DNA of 64,000 nt. It comes from a virus. The stretch spans positions 113,188-177,187 of IMG/VR virus record IMGVR_UViG_3300043446_003158, one strand, 5' to 3'. Position numbers and translations under genes: made by a program. Below are positions 19,857 to 30,927 of the stretch, in pieces; position 1 is the first letter of the stretch; the number at the start of each line of letters is the position of its first letter. The notes under the pieces were generated by a model that saw nothing but the letters and a program-made list of their open reading frames with translations, did not search any database and had not been told where the DNA came from.

Positions 19857-20462
19857 TTATTTAATTTCTGGCTTAGTTGTATCAGATGCAGCAGCAACAG
19901 CTTGCCAATATTGAACTTGGAATTCCACAGTATATTCTTCAATTGTATCAGTTGAATCCATAGAAAGATCAATTTGTGAAATATTCGTTGGGAATATTCC
20001 AACAAATTTATATTCTCTCATAGTATCACCGACGCGATTAAGTTGTCTAACAAATGCGTCTTGTTGATAATTGGAAGGATTTACATCTCCGCTTGCGTCT
20101 GAAATTCTACTAATTCCATTCATCCACTGCTCAAAGGATGTTCTAATTTTAAAATCAGTATCATTTAAAACTGTAATTGTCCAAGTATCAAAGGTTCTTT
20201 CTCCAGCAACTTTTAATGTTCTTCCTCTAAAAGGAATTTCAATAGGAGTAATATTGGATGCTGGAAGAGCAGCAGCTTTTACCATAAAAGTAAGCATACT
20301 TTCTGCAGCACCAGCAGTACCTGTTTCTGGTTTAGTAATTGGTTGTTTTCCACCAGCAATATTTAATTCAGTTGGAAAAGATATAGAGACTTCAAATAGA
20401 TTAGGTCTTGCACCACCACCAGTTAATTGAGATTTAAAGCTATCGAGAGTTTTTAATGCCAT
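19857..20462 (-). CDS. gp19: Tail tube protein gp19
   Basis: GGARPNLFEV, FRGRTLKVAGERTFDTWTITVLND, IEEYTVEFQVQYW. Confidence 0.95.
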   Translation of the reverse strand: MALKTLDSFKSQLTGGGARPNLFEVSISFPTELNIAGGKQPITKPETGTAGAAESMLTFMVKAAALPASNITPIEIPFRGRTLKVAGERTFDTWTITVLNDTDFKIRTSFEQWMNGISRISDASGDVNPSNYQQDAFVRQLNRVGDTMREYKFVGIFPTNISQIDLSMDSTDTIEEYTVEFQVQYWQAVAAASDTTKPEIK

Positions 20463-20505
20463 TTTTTTTACCTCTAATAAGTAATTTTTAGATTATGATG
20501 AAAGA

Positions 20506-22683
20506 TTAAACATTACCTACGATTTCTTCAAAAGAAACACCACTTCTCGTAGCTACAAAAGTCAGACCAATATAATTGATAGAACGTGATGGTTTTACAT
20601 AGATATCGGCAATAAACTCATTATTGTCAATTACTGCGGCAGTATTATTACTTGCATCACAAATAACTCTGTAATCTAATAATCCTCTTTTTGCTTGAAT
20701 ATCTCTTAAGAAAGGATCAACTGAATTTACAAAATTACTTCTTGTTGTTTCATCATTAAATTCAAACAATTGATCATCAGCAGCTGCTTTTATTGCATTT
20801 TCAATGTAAATCATTAATCTGCGAACGTTAATTCTATCAAATGCTGATGATTTTGCTAAACCTGTTTTATCACCAAATAAAATTATTCCAGATCCTGAAG
20901 AGAAAATAACTGGATTTACTCTATTAGAGTAAAGTCTATCTCTTTGTACTTTTGATGGATTATATGCAAGTTTAACTGCATTTAAAACTGAACCTCTTGA
21001 TGTTCCAGCAGGTGAAACCCAAGGAGCATTTGCTATCTCAGCTCTTGCACAAATTCCAGCAATATCTCCATTTAATGGTACATATCTAAATGTTTGTGCA
21101 AATTTATCGTACATGTACTTATAACCACTATCAAAAATTGCATAAGATGAAGATGGTATTGATGCATAGAAACTAATAACATTATCTGTTATTGTTGATG
21201 CATTTATAGGAACAAATTGGGATGTACCACTTAAATTCAACATTGAATTTCTATATGGAGAAATACATGCGATGGCATCTTGTCTTTGTTCTGCAACTGA
21301 AATAATTTTAGATGCTAATGCCTGGGCAGTCTCTTTATCATAAGCTGCCGATCCCATTAGTATAAAATCAGTATCATATTGTTCGGTATTTGTTAATAAA
21401 TCATATCCACTTGATAAATCTGCCAATGATGACACTAAGGATGCATTATTGTCTAAACTTGTTTGACCATCATAATTTTTTCCTCCAGATAATGAATAGG
21501 TTTCTGCACCTAAACATTTAAATACTGTATTATTTTCAGTAACAGTATTCCAGTTCTTAGTTGTACCTAATGAAAAAGATGAAGAAGTTGTAAATCCACA
21601 AGTTACAACACCAGTTGGCTGAGAACCTGCAAAAATTAATGAAGATCCTTCAGAAACATACTTATTCCAATAAGAAGAACTTCCTGCAGCATAAACTGCA
21701 TTTTTGGCTTTAGATAAGGATAAATGTTTCTCTAAAACAGTACCAGAATTTCCAGTAATTCCTCCATCTCCATCAATAACAACGACGTGAAGTTCATCAA
21801 ATCTACTTCCTCTAGAAGATGCAAATCTTGAAGTTCCTGGTCTTGGTCCAAGAGTATTCCATGCAATTGAACCATTGTCTAAAGTTATGGATTGTGAATC
21901 ATACCAGTCTGGTGCCGATGAAAAAGTAACAGTTGATAATGCTACTGCGCTACCATTTTGGTGAATTCTAACAGTTCCTACACCTACAGAAAATCTGTAA
22001 ACACCTTGTGGTTCGTAGTCAATTTGAGATTCTGTTCCAGATGCTGAAACATAACTCAATATTTTCACATCTAAAGTGCTAGCACCAATTCCAGTAATAA
22101 TTCCTTTGATATAACCATCTAAAACTGTAGTTGTTCCAATACCAGCATTAACAGTTCCACTAATAGATTGAGTTATTCCATAACCAACAACTACACTGCT
22201 TGTTGTTATTCCACTTAAAATTTGATCAGCTTTACCATCAATGATTGCAACTTTTAATCCATTACCCCAAGATCCTGGATTTCTTGCTACAGCAACGTGA
22301 CCAGAAATTGCAGTTTCATCGTATCCTTTATTTACATAATCATCATAACTTTTGATCTTTATACTTGTTCCTGCACCAGCAGATGTTCCAACTGCTGCAT
22401 TATATAAACTTGTTCCATCAGATCTTAAAACTAGTAAATTTCCACCATATGCCAAGAACGATGAAGCGGTAAACCAAGTTTCATAATGAGTTGCTGAATT
22501 GCGTGGTTGTCCAAAATTTGCCAATAATTCTTGTTCGTTTTGAATCAAAACTGAACTCTCAACTGGACCTTTTTCAAAAGGCGCAACAATTGCGGCTACA
22601 GTGCTTGATGATGGGTCAACTCTTCCAACTGTTACATCAACTTCTCTTACAATAACTCCAGGAGATGCTAAATTTAAAGGCAT
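20506..22683 (-). CDS. gp18: Tail sheath protein gp18
   Basis: SPGVIVREVD, WVSPAGTSRG, LFGDKT, FDRINVRRL, FEFNDETTR, KPSRSINYI. Confidence 0.97.
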   Translation of the reverse strand: MPLNLASPGVIVREVDVTVGRVDPSSSTVAAIVAPFEKGPVESSVLIQNEQELLANFGQPRNSATHYETWFTASSFLAYGGNLLVLRSDGTSLYNAAVGTSAGAGTSIKIKSYDDYVNKGYDETAISGHVAVARNPGSWGNGLKVAIIDGKADQILSGITTSSVVVGYGITQSISGTVNAGIGTTTVLDGYIKGIITGIGASTLDVKILSYVSASGTESQIDYEPQGVYRFSVGVGTVRIHQNGSAVALSTVTFSSAPDWYDSQSITLDNGSIAWNTLGPRPGTSRFASSRGSRFDELHVVVIDGDGGITGNSGTVLEKHLSLSKAKNAVYAAGSSSYWNKYVSEGSSLIFAGSQPTGVVTCGFTTSSSFSLGTTKNWNTVTENNTVFKCLGAETYSLSGGKNYDGQTSLDNNASLVSSLADLSSGYDLLTNTEQYDTDFILMGSAAYDKETAQALASKIISVAEQRQDAIACISPYRNSMLNLSGTSQFVPINASTITDNVISFYASIPSSSYAIFDSGYKYMYDKFAQTFRYVPLNGDIAGICARAEIANAPWVSPAGTSRGSVLNAVKLAYNPSKVQRDRLYSNRVNPVIFSSGSGIILFGDKTGLAKSSAFDRINVRRLMIYIENAIKAAADDQLFEFNDETTRSNFVNSVDPFLRDIQAKRGLLDYRVICDASNNTAAVIDNNEFIADIYVKPSRSINYIGLTFVATRSGVSFEEIVGNV

Positions 22684-22764
22684 CTTCTTGTCTCCTTTTC
22701 CAGAAATATTCTAAAATTATTTATTAAAAAGACTATTTCTGATGGGGAAATAACCCACGAACAA

Positions 22765-23007
22765 TTACCAGTCTGGATATTCTATAAAATCTGATATAAT
22801 TTCTTTTTTGGGGCATATTAATCTAGATTTTTTTATTCTTTGTATCGTACATTCTTTACATTCATAAGAATATGATGATGGTAAAGATCCTCTGTCTCTG
22901 TATGATAAATAAAAATCGTCCAATAAATTTTTTATTTGACCACAAGATCTACATTTTCGTTCCAAAAATAAAAGATGTTCTAAATCTACTTGATCATCTA
23001 AATCCAT
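22765..23007 (-). CDS. Small zinc-ribbon protein (CxxC...CxxC)
   Basis: CRSC and CKEC; lies between terminase and sheath genes. Confidence 0.65.
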   Translation of the reverse strand: MDLDDQVDLEHLLFLERKCRSCGQIKNLLDDFYLSYRDRGSLPSSYSYECKECTIQRIKKSRLICPKKEIISDFIEYPDW

Positions 23008-24681
23008 TTAAATATAATCCCACATATAACTTCTATCACCATATTCGTCAAAATGCCAAGTATCACCATCACTATCTGTAAATGATGGTCCAGATTCTAA
23101 TCCCGTAGATATAAAACCAAAAGGAGACATATCTGCTTCTATTTGTTCTTCTTGTTCTTCATATATTCTTTTACGAATATCATCATTTGTCATTTCTTTG
23201 AAATATGGTTGTGCAACTAACCAAGCAAAGATAACTAAACACATCATTAAATCATCATTACAACCTTCTTCTGCCATAAAAGTATTACTTTTTTGAATAA
23301 AGGTTGTCATCTCACTAATAATATCATAATCATTAGTTAATAACTTATCATCTTCTATAAGAGTTCTTAAATTAGAACAACCTAGCTTTTTAACTGCAGC
23401 AGTCATTCTAATTCCAAGATAGGATTTTTTACCACTAAATCCTGTTCCTACTATTTGTCCTGCTCTACCTCTTTGAGAGCACATTAAAATGTTATCATAC
23501 TCCAAATCATAGTGTAATATATTTGCTATTTGATCTCCAATATCATTAATCTCAACTAAAATCCAAGCATGATTGTATGCCTTTGCCAAAGGTTCTATGA
23601 CGCTTGGGAAAAGCATGGGCTTTATTTCATTATTTCTATATTTTGCAACTACTTTATATGGAAAAGAAGTTATGTCTACAACAACAAATGCAGAGTAATC
23701 ATTTCCTATTCCTCTTGCAACATCAACTGTAATCATATAATTGTGTCCATCTATTGGATCTTCGTAAACATCCAATCCTTTATGTTTTTTTATTGGATCT
23801 TCATATACTAAATTTCTTAATTTAGAAGGATTGATTAAAGTATCAACGGATCCTAAAAATTCACATTCAAACTCAACTTTAAATTGCTGTTCAGAAGTGT
23901 TTGCAATTGTAGATGCTTTCCATTTTTCGTCTCTTCCAGGAACTTCGGACCAGTGAACATCAGTTGGTACATATTCATTTTTACCTCTTTCAGAATCATG
24001 CCACTTTCTGTAAAAATGATTCATTCCACGTGGGGTGGAAACGATGATTACTTTTGTTGATGTTCCAGATGAAATAGTCGGATAAGTTGATGCGAAAAAA
24101 TCATCTGCAATATGGTTTGGGATAAACGCAAATTCGTCCAAAAATATAATGTTATATGATCCACCACGAACTGCAGATGCAGATGTTGATGCTGCGATGA
24201 TTTTAGATCCATTCTCTAACTCCAGAGAACCTCTATTCCACTGCAAAACCCCTTGTTGCATCCATTTGGGTAAATTCTCATAAGCGAGTTGTAGGCGCTG
24301 TAAAAGATCTCTGGCAGTTGATGCTTTGTTTGCCAAGATTGCAATATTTACATTATCATTAAAAACAGCATAATGTAAAAGATATGAAACGCACGTTGTA
24401 GATTTTCCCGTTTGACGGGGCATCTTACAAATATTAAATCTGTGCTTATGGAAATTATTAATTAATTTTTCTTGAAATGGGTATAGATCAAATGGGACTA
24501 AACCATGATCAAGAGAAACAATCTTAATGTAATTTTTTGCAAAATAAACAGGGTCTTCTTTACACTTAAAAAATTCTATAATTTGCTCTTGTGTCCATGA
24601 AAATGATGTATTTGCCCTTTTTAAATTTGGATTTGATAAGTAAGCATCAGATTGCTTAAGTTGAATATCTTGAATTGTCAT
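23008..24681 (-). CDS. gp17: Terminase large subunit gp17
   Basis: PRQTGKST Walker A, FLDEFAF Walker B, STPRG and DVARG nuclease motif. Confidence 0.97.
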   Translation of the reverse strand: MTIQDIQLKQSDAYLSNPNLKRANTSFSWTQEQIIEFFKCKEDPVYFAKNYIKIVSLDHGLVPFDLYPFQEKLINNFHKHRFNICKMPRQTGKSTTCVSYLLHYAVFNDNVNIAILANKASTARDLLQRLQLAYENLPKWMQQGVLQWNRGSLELENGSKIIAASTSASAVRGGSYNIIFLDEFAFIPNHIADDFFASTYPTISSGTSTKVIIVSTPRGMNHFYRKWHDSERGKNEYVPTDVHWSEVPGRDEKWKASTIANTSEQQFKVEFECEFLGSVDTLINPSKLRNLVYEDPIKKHKGLDVYEDPIDGHNYMITVDVARGIGNDYSAFVVVDITSFPYKVVAKYRNNEIKPMLFPSVIEPLAKAYNHAWILVEINDIGDQIANILHYDLEYDNILMCSQRGRAGQIVGTGFSGKKSYLGIRMTAAVKKLGCSNLRTLIEDDKLLTNDYDIISEMTTFIQKSNTFMAEEGCNDDLMMCLVIFAWLVAQPYFKEMTNDDIRKRIYEEQEEQIEADMSPFGFISTGLESGPSFTDSDGDTWHFDEYGDRSYMWDYI

Positions 24682-25415
24682 AATTCGTTCTTAATCAATA
24701 AAATATCAAAAGCAGCAGTATATCTACCATTATTACTTCTTGATGTTAACCTGACATCAATATCAGTTTTTTCTGGCATTTGTATTGGGAACGCAAATTT
24801 ATAAAAATACTCTCCACCATCTCCAGACACTTCAAAAGTATGACCAACTCTAAATGCGGTTTCATCTGCAAAACGAAACTTCATATATCCAGTAGCATCT
24901 GCACCTGCCTGGGCACTACAAACACCTTGGTATAAGTATCCAGTGTATCCTGCAGGAACAGTATAAACTGCCATCAGGGTTTGTCCAAGTCCTGCAGTAA
25001 TTCTAAGAACTTCTGTTCCATTCCTAGAAAAACTAACTTGTGCAACATTCTCTGCACCAGAAGAAATATATGCACGAAAAACTCTTTTGAATACTTGTGT
25101 TCCAGTTACTGTTCCAGAACTTGATAAAGTAAAAACTTCAGAAACTTGATTCCAATTTGCATCAAGTCCAATCAGTGTAACTTGTTTGCCATTGTCTGAT
25201 GCATTTGCTTGTGCTGCTACAAGAACTCCTGCAGTATTAAATGCACTCCAGGGATACAAAGTATCTGGTTTATCCCAAACTGATGCTGTAGTGTTTGTTG
25301 CTTGTCCTGGTGTTGCACCAAATTTATGAAGTGTTGATGCACCACGAGTCTTGCCCCTCGCAACATTCAATTCAAAATTTTCATCCCAAATATAATTTTT
25401 AAAACTCATAATCAC
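24678..25415 (-). CDS. Hypothetical protein, probably virion-associated
   Basis: 245-aa beta-rich ORF inside the late cluster. Confidence 0.6.
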   Translation of the reverse strand: MIMSFKNYIWDENFELNVARGKTRGASTLHKFGATPGQATNTTASVWDKPDTLYPWSAFNTAGVLVAAQANASDNGKQVTLIGLDANWNQVSEVFTLSSSGTVTGTQVFKRVFRAYISSGAENVAQVSFSRNGTEVLRITAGLGQTLMAVYTVPAGYTGYLYQGVCSAQAGADATGYMKFRFADETAFRVGHTFEVSGDGGEYFYKFAFPIQMPEKTDIDVRLTSRSNNGRYTAAFDILLIKNEL

Positions 25416-25732
25416 TCACCCCATGATAATCTTTCTGGTTGATATCTTTGTGCGTTTTTAATTCTTGAGGTATTTACTTGAGCAGGATAAACATTATGAA
25501 CGATTGCGCCAGGATATTCTCCTTGAATTTGTTCAGTAAGTTCATTTTTAGAAAGCATCTTGCCTTCTACTTCTAAACGATAAAGTTTTCCTTCCCAGAC
25601 TATATCAGCAAAAAATGACTCACTTGCTTGTTCTGGTTGAGAACCACCAACATTTAAAGTACCATTAAAATCGCCATTAATTGTGATTGATTCGTTTAAA
25701 AATTGTTTGAAAGATTTCATTTTTATCACCAC
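25412..25732 (-). CDS. Conserved hypothetical protein
   Basis: 106-aa ORF starting MKSFKQFLNES. Confidence 0.65.
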   Translation of the reverse strand: MVIKMKSFKQFLNESITINGDFNGTLNVGGSQPEQASESFFADIVWEGKLYRLEVEGKMLSKNELTEQIQGEYPGAIVHNVYPAQVNTSRIKNAQRYQPERLSWGE

Positions 25733-27066
25733 TTAACTTTATTTGCCCAATACGCTGCAGACATTGGTCCTCTAGCAATATTTTTGGCATGTCTTGTTTT
25801 AAATCTATGGCGACGACTTGCATATGCTTTTGATTCTCCTTCTTTTTTTGGAGATCCCTTAACTCCTCTTTGACCAAAACGAATGATCTTTTCGGTTCCT
25901 CCAGAACATGCTTTTACGACATGAGATTTACCCGTGAGAGAATCACCCACAGGATCAGACTTTGGGGAATTGCATTTCATTTTTGACTTTTCAACTTTTT
26001 CCATAAAATAATGAAATGTTTTTTGTTCTGAAACAGTTTGTTGCTTACTTCCTTTCCAAACTCCATTATTATCAACAATTGGTTTCATATGATCTGGACC
26101 AATTATATCAACAACGTTTGCAAAAGTATTTCCGTTTGCATCTTCAATAGATACTGATTCCTTACGAATATCTGGAAGTTTTGCACCCGTTGCTCTTGGT
26201 TCTTTTCCTTTTGGAAAAACTCTTTTTCCTTTTTCTTTGGGTAAAATTGGACCAGATTCGACACTTTCCGACTTCATTTCTCCACTATCTACATAATCTG
26301 CTGCAGTATCCAAATAATCTGCCGCCTTTGTAATTTTAGATTGAACCCATGCTTCTATATTTCCCTCACCTTTCATTTTTTTCTTGAGTCTATTTGCAGC
26401 AGAAATAATGGTTGAAATTTCCGAACGTGCCATAGAATGCTCATGATCTCTTTCTTCATTTGCTGGATGAGGAGAATTAGGATCATATGAATTTGATCCT
26501 AATGCAACAGGAGATGAGAACATGTCCCAATATTTTGGACCATATTTACATTCATTTCTAGTTTCTTCTTTTTGGCATCTAGGGCAATATCTAACCATCT
26601 CTACTTGTTCTGGAACACAATTTGGAACTTCACGTCCATTTTTGATTTTTGTTCCTTTGGCAACTTTACCAGGCCAACACCTACTGGCACCAACATTTTT
26701 ACGAGCTTGCTTAAGACCTTCTTCAATATCTAAAGTTTTTGGATATCCTTTCTCTCCTGGTTTTTTGGGTGGTTTTCCTGCTTTTCTACGAGCATGAATA
26801 TTTGCCCAAAGACCTTTTCCTTCAGTAACATCTTTAAATTTTTGATGTTCTTTTTTTGCAGATGTTTCCATTTTTTTAAGTCTTGTGTAGTAATCTGGTA
26901 TTTCGTCCAAATGTTGAAGTGCTATCTCTTTAGCAAGTTCATGATCTTTTGTATGCTCATGTTCTATGGGTTCTCCCATATCCAACTGTTTTTGTATAAA
27001 CGAAACATCAAGACGATGCTTTTTAGCAATCGCTTCAACAGTTTTAAATGGTTTTATTTTACCCAC
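25726..27066 (-). CDS. Mosaic hypothetical late protein
   Basis: 446 aa of short modules: EHEHT..IALQHLDEIPDYYTRL, CWPG...VPNCVP, EAWVQSKITKAADYL, and KIIRFG...YWANKVKW at the C-terminus. Confidence 0.7.
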   Translation of the reverse strand: MGKIKPFKTVEAIAKKHRLDVSFIQKQLDMGEPIEHEHTKDHELAKEIALQHLDEIPDYYTRLKKMETSAKKEHQKFKDVTEGKGLWANIHARRKAGKPPKKPGEKGYPKTLDIEEGLKQARKNVGASRCWPGKVAKGTKIKNGREVPNCVPEQVEMVRYCPRCQKEETRNECKYGPKYWDMFSSPVALGSNSYDPNSPHPANEERDHEHSMARSEISTIISAANRLKKKMKGEGNIEAWVQSKITKAADYLDTAADYVDSGEMKSESVESGPILPKEKGKRVFPKGKEPRATGAKLPDIRKESVSIEDANGNTFANVVDIIGPDHMKPIVDNNGVWKGSKQQTVSEQKTFHYFMEKVEKSKMKCNSPKSDPVGDSLTGKSHVVKACSGGTEKIIRFGQRGVKGSPKKEGESKAYASRRHRFKTRHAKNIARGPMSAAYWANKVKW

Positions 27067-27079
27067 AGATAAATTTATG

Positions 27080-27502
27080 TTACTCTTTATTATTTAGAAA
27101 ACCTTGTTTTAGTAATTTAGATAATTCCGCAGTAGATCCAACAAAGAGAGCATTATTTGTTACATTATTTGTAGTTCTTGTCGTTTCTTCTTCAACATCT
27201 TTCAATTTCTTTTGTAAATCTATCAACTTATCAGTTGTATCGGCAACATTTTTGATAAGTTGACCAGCAACTTCATATGCTCTTGGACTTCCACCCTCAC
27301 CAGCAAGTTCCATTATTCCATTAATTGCTTCTTGTCCTTTTTCAATTAATGAATATAAATTTGCTCTGGTATATTCATAATCTTTTTTAATATCATCTTG
27401 CTCTGGTTTAATAATTTCAATATCACAATTTTTAGAATCACTCTCAATAATTTCACTACTAATGTTTAATGCTTTATCCAATTTATCGTAATTATTTTTC
27501 AT
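27080..27502 (-). CDS. gp16: Terminase small subunit gp16
   Basis: DYEYTRANLYSLIEKGQEAI...PRAYEVAGQLIK...FVGSTAELSKLL. Confidence 0.85.
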   Translation of the reverse strand: MKNNYDKLDKALNISSEIIESDSKNCDIEIIKPEQDDIKKDYEYTRANLYSLIEKGQEAINGIMELAGEGGSPRAYEVAGQLIKNVADTTDKLIDLQKKLKDVEEETTRTTNNVTNNALFVGSTAELSKLLKQGFLNNKE

Positions 27503-27507
27503 ATGAT

Positions 27508-28305
27508 TTAAATATCAGTTTGCTGTGTTGGACTATAAGTTTTAGAATCATCAAAGTATTCCCAAGAACCGTCAAATCCAAAATCATCATCTGGTTCAGC
27601 ATTTATCGGATCTGGTTGAACAGTGTATCTCATTTCACGTTTTGCTGAAACTATATCAGTATTTGTATGAATATCAACTTGAACTTTACGAATTAATCCA
27701 TCAGTTGTAGAAGCAACAGGACCAAATAGATATGTTTTTGCAGTAAATTGTAATGTATAAATTAAAGCCCGTCTTGAAGAAAAATCTCCCTCATAATCAT
27801 CTTGAAAAGATATATTATCCAGAACAATAGGTATATCTCTTTTTTCTCCTATAGAATCAACTAAATCTACTGTTAAATTAAATGATGGTTGAAAATAGGG
27901 CAAAATTTGTTCTATAATCTGTAAAGCATCATCATTTAATTTGCATAAAATATTTAATTCAAAACCAATATTGTAAGGAACTGGTAAATAAACTTTTTTT
28001 AAATTTTGTCCATCAGATGCTTTAAATGTTTGAGTAACTCCGGATTTTCTTGAAGAATCATATTGAATAGAGTTCATTTCAAATGACATTCTTGGTAATG
28101 TAATTTGAACTGGTTTATTTAAATTTGCCTGTTGCTCTATTCTTGCTAGAAACTTTTGAGATGGACCATAAGAAATAGGAACTCTTATTTCACTATAAGT
28201 ATCTCCATCAGCATCTTTATGCTTTATATACATTTGATTAAACAAAGTTCCAAATGAAACTATTGTTTTTCTAATAATTTCGTGATAGTAATAAGTTCCT
28301 AACAT
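27508..28305 (-). CDS. gp15: Tail sheath stabilizer / completion protein gp15
   Basis: YYHEIIRKTIVSFGTLFN, LPRMSFE, QIIEQILPYFQP, YTLQFTAKTYLFGP. Confidence 0.93.
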   Translation of the reverse strand: MLGTYYYHEIIRKTIVSFGTLFNQMYIKHKDADGDTYSEIRVPISYGPSQKFLARIEQQANLNKPVQITLPRMSFEMNSIQYDSSRKSGVTQTFKASDGQNLKKVYLPVPYNIGFELNILCKLNDDALQIIEQILPYFQPSFNLTVDLVDSIGEKRDIPIVLDNISFQDDYEGDFSSRRALIYTLQFTAKTYLFGPVASTTDGLIRKVQVDIHTNTDIVSAKREMRYTVQPDPINAEPDDDFGFDGSWEYFDDSKTYSPTQQTDI

Positions 28306-29705
28306 TAGTAATTACCGAACGGATTTGATTCTGTGAAATCTAGAATTAGATCTGCCTCTTCTTCTATTTCATCGTTTTGTTCATATTTATCAGAAAATTG
28401 TGTTCCTGACGTTACTTTTAATGTATATCTTGCAGAAGAAGAAGTTCCAACTATTGTTTCTCCTGCTATAAACGTTCCATCAATTACACCAACCGTTAAA
28501 ATGTTGGTATCTTTATCCCATGATTTAACTCTAGAAGTTGTTCCTGATTCTAATCCACGTATAACTTCATTAAAAGAATAAGTTCCTATTCCAGTTAATA
28601 AAGGTGGTGGAGCAATTGTTACTGTTGGTGTAGTTGTATAACCAATTCCAGCATCACGAATTAATATTTGAGTTATAGATCCAGAAGAACCAACAACAGA
28701 AATACCGGTAGCAGTAACTCCAGATCCAACAGGAGGACTACTAAAAGTTACTAAAGGAGGTTTTACATATCCTTCACCATACGTAGTAATACCAACAACT
28801 TTTGCACCATAAGATCCTTCTACTATTTCTGCAGTTGCCGCAGCACCAACACCACTTCCGTTAGAATATATGGTTACAGATGGTATAGAAGTATATCCTG
28901 CTCCTGGATTTATTAATAATATTTCTTTAATTGAACAAACTCCACCTTTACATGTTGTAATTGCAACCGCAGAAGCATTTACTCCGCCTGCTGGAGCTGA
29001 AGAAAATCCAACAGTAGGAATTCCAGTATATCCATTACCGTCGTTGTTTATAAACACTCTACGAACATATCCACTAGAAATTCCAGCAGTTGCTGTTGTG
29101 GTTTGCCCAAATGAGAATAATTGTAAAGATGTAATATACCCTTGTTGTTGTAAAGTTCCGTCTATTTCATCGACCGCAGTACTAACATCAGAAAATCCTC
29201 CAATTTCATCTTCATATTCAAATAGTTCACACTTTAATTCATAGACATAATTTTTTCCCAATTGATAAAAAGGTTGTTCGTGCTCAACAAATTTAACTTC
29301 AAAAAGTCTTTGACCTAGTGGAAAATATATAATATCTCCTTCTCTAGGACGTGTAGACAAGACTATTTCATTATCATCCATCCCTTCTAAAAATGGAGAT
29401 ATAAAATCTTCAAAGCGTTCTTTTGAAATAATTAATACCAATTCATCACGTAAACTCATTCCAAATTTAGTTAAAATATCTCCAGATCCACCATACCCTT
29501 CAAAGTTACTTACATAAGCTTCTATTGAAAAATTATCATCAAATCTAGATGAACTAACTTCCCTAAAAATAGTATCTTTTCTAACAAATTTTCTTGGTAT
29601 GTACAAAACTTCAACACCATATATTTTTAGGTGTTCATTTATAAGTTCTTGTATTAATCTCTGTTCACCAGGAGATCCTTGCAGAAAAAAGGGATTTAGT
29701 GCCAT
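28305..29705 (-). CDS. gp14: Neck protein gp14 with inserted beta-repeats
   Basis: IYGVEVLYIPRKFV, KFGMSLRDE, RPREGDIIYFPL, PFYQLGK, DFTESNPFG. Confidence 0.92.
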   Translation of the reverse strand: MALNPFFLQGSPGEQRLIQELINEHLKIYGVEVLYIPRKFVRKDTIFREVSSSRFDDNFSIEAYVSNFEGYGGSGDILTKFGMSLRDELVLIISKERFEDFISPFLEGMDDNEIVLSTRPREGDIIYFPLGQRLFEVKFVEHEQPFYQLGKNYVYELKCELFEYEDEIGGFSDVSTAVDEIDGTLQQQGYITSLQLFSFGQTTTATAGISSGYVRRVFINNDGNGYTGIPTVGFSSAPAGGVNASAVAITTCKGGVCSIKEILLINPGAGYTSIPSVTIYSNGSGVGAAATAEIVEGSYGAKVVGITTYGEGYVKPPLVTFSSPPVGSGVTATGISVVGSSGSITQILIRDAGIGYTTTPTVTIAPPPLLTGIGTYSFNEVIRGLESGTTSRVKSWDKDTNILTVGVIDGTFIAGETIVGTSSSARYTLKVTSGTQFSDKYEQNDEIEEEADLILDFTESNPFGNY

Positions 29706-29706
29706 A

Positions 29707-30552
29707 TTATCCGATCATATCTAACGGTGGAAGTTCATACTCTAAACTCATCCTTTGTTTAATATCTTCAAGTTCTCTTTCCGCATCCTCATATATTTCT
29801 CTACCATTTAATTCTATTCCACCAGGAAGTTTTACACCTCTAAATTTAATTAAATTTTGTCCCCACTGTCTTTTAATTAAAGCGGTTAAATATTTTTTAA
29901 GAAAACTATCATTATATACTTTAGTAAAATCATTCGGGTCTAATATTCTATAACAATCTATAACAAGAAAATCCCCCACATTATTTCCTTCCCAACTAAA
30001 ATCTAAATATAATCTATTTTGTCTTTTATTAAATCTAACTTGCTTATCCGTTGTAAGTAAAAAATCAATATCTTCCAAATAAGATTTTACCATCGCATAT
30101 TGAAGAAGTTGTATTGAATTAAAATAATATAAGTCGTTTAAAAACAATTGATATTTAATACTAAACATGCCAGAAGATATTGTACTGGCATTGAATTTAA
30201 ATATTTTTTCAACACCAATTACCGAATCTGGAATTTGTATGTAATTTGAAGATTCGTAAAAATTAAATGTTTTAGAAACTCCATTAATATTTGAAGATGC
30301 TGTTGTCGTAACTATTCCAGATCCAACTGGAGATTTTGCATTTGCAGATCCTCTATCAATATCTTCCTGTGTTAGTTGATATTTTAGATACATTCTTTCG
30401 ACACCATCAAAGTGCCTTTCATGAAAATATTGAAGTGCATCATCCACTGCATCGTCTATTTGGTCATCATCTACATTTATTTCTAAAATCGGTGCGCCAA
30501 GTTTTCTTAAACAATAATCTATTAATTGTTGTCTAGATGCTGGTTTAGCCAT
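29707..30552 (-). CDS. gp13: Neck protein gp13
   Basis: LIDYCLRKLGAPILEINV, KRQWGQNLIKF, LPGGIELNG. Confidence 0.93.
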   Translation of the reverse strand: MAKPASRQQLIDYCLRKLGAPILEINVDDDQIDDAVDDALQYFHERHFDGVERMYLKYQLTQEDIDRGSANAKSPVGSGIVTTTASSNINGVSKTFNFYESSNYIQIPDSVIGVEKIFKFNASTISSGMFSIKYQLFLNDLYYFNSIQLLQYAMVKSYLEDIDFLLTTDKQVRFNKRQNRLYLDFSWEGNNVGDFLVIDCYRILDPNDFTKVYNDSFLKKYLTALIKRQWGQNLIKFRGVKLPGGIELNGREIYEDAERELEDIKQRMSLEYELPPLDMIG

Positions 30553-30558
30553 ATTAAT

Positions 30559-30897
30559 TTACCTAGTAACTCCTTCTCTAACTAAAGCCATACCTTCAAC
30601 AACTCTTGAAGTTGAACTATTGTTTGTTAATAAAACATCATAGACATATCTTCCAGGTTTTAATGTAGAAGTTATGCTAGATCCTAAACTAATTCTAATT
30701 TGTCCAGATTGGGCATTAACAATAGATGTTGTAAAAGTAGTTACACCAGTACTTCCTGCCCATTTTCTCATTTGGGATGCAACACTTGCAGAATTTAAAT
30801 TCATTGCAGAATTAGTTGCACTATCTTCTAGAAAAAAATCTTGAGAAAAGGATGTTCCAGAATTAATAATAAGATTACTTACATATATTGATGCCAT
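30559..30897 (-). CDS. Small virion structural protein (beta-sandwich-like)
   Basis: NLIINSGTSF...LKPGRYVYDVLL...RVVEG...GVT pattern. Confidence 0.6.
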   Translation of the reverse strand: MASIYVSNLIINSGTSFSQDFFLEDSATNSAMNLNSASVASQMRKWAGSTGVTTFTTSIVNAQSGQIRISLGSSITSTLKPGRYVYDVLLTNNSSTSRVVEGMALVREGVTR

Positions 30898-30927
30898 TAT
30901 TGTAATGCCAAGTAATATATTAAGTAT

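Noticed and set aside
23008-24681. Inteins, introns or stop-codon recoding in terminase, portal, capsid or helicase genes
   Set aside because: All are uninterrupted and of typical length under the standard code.
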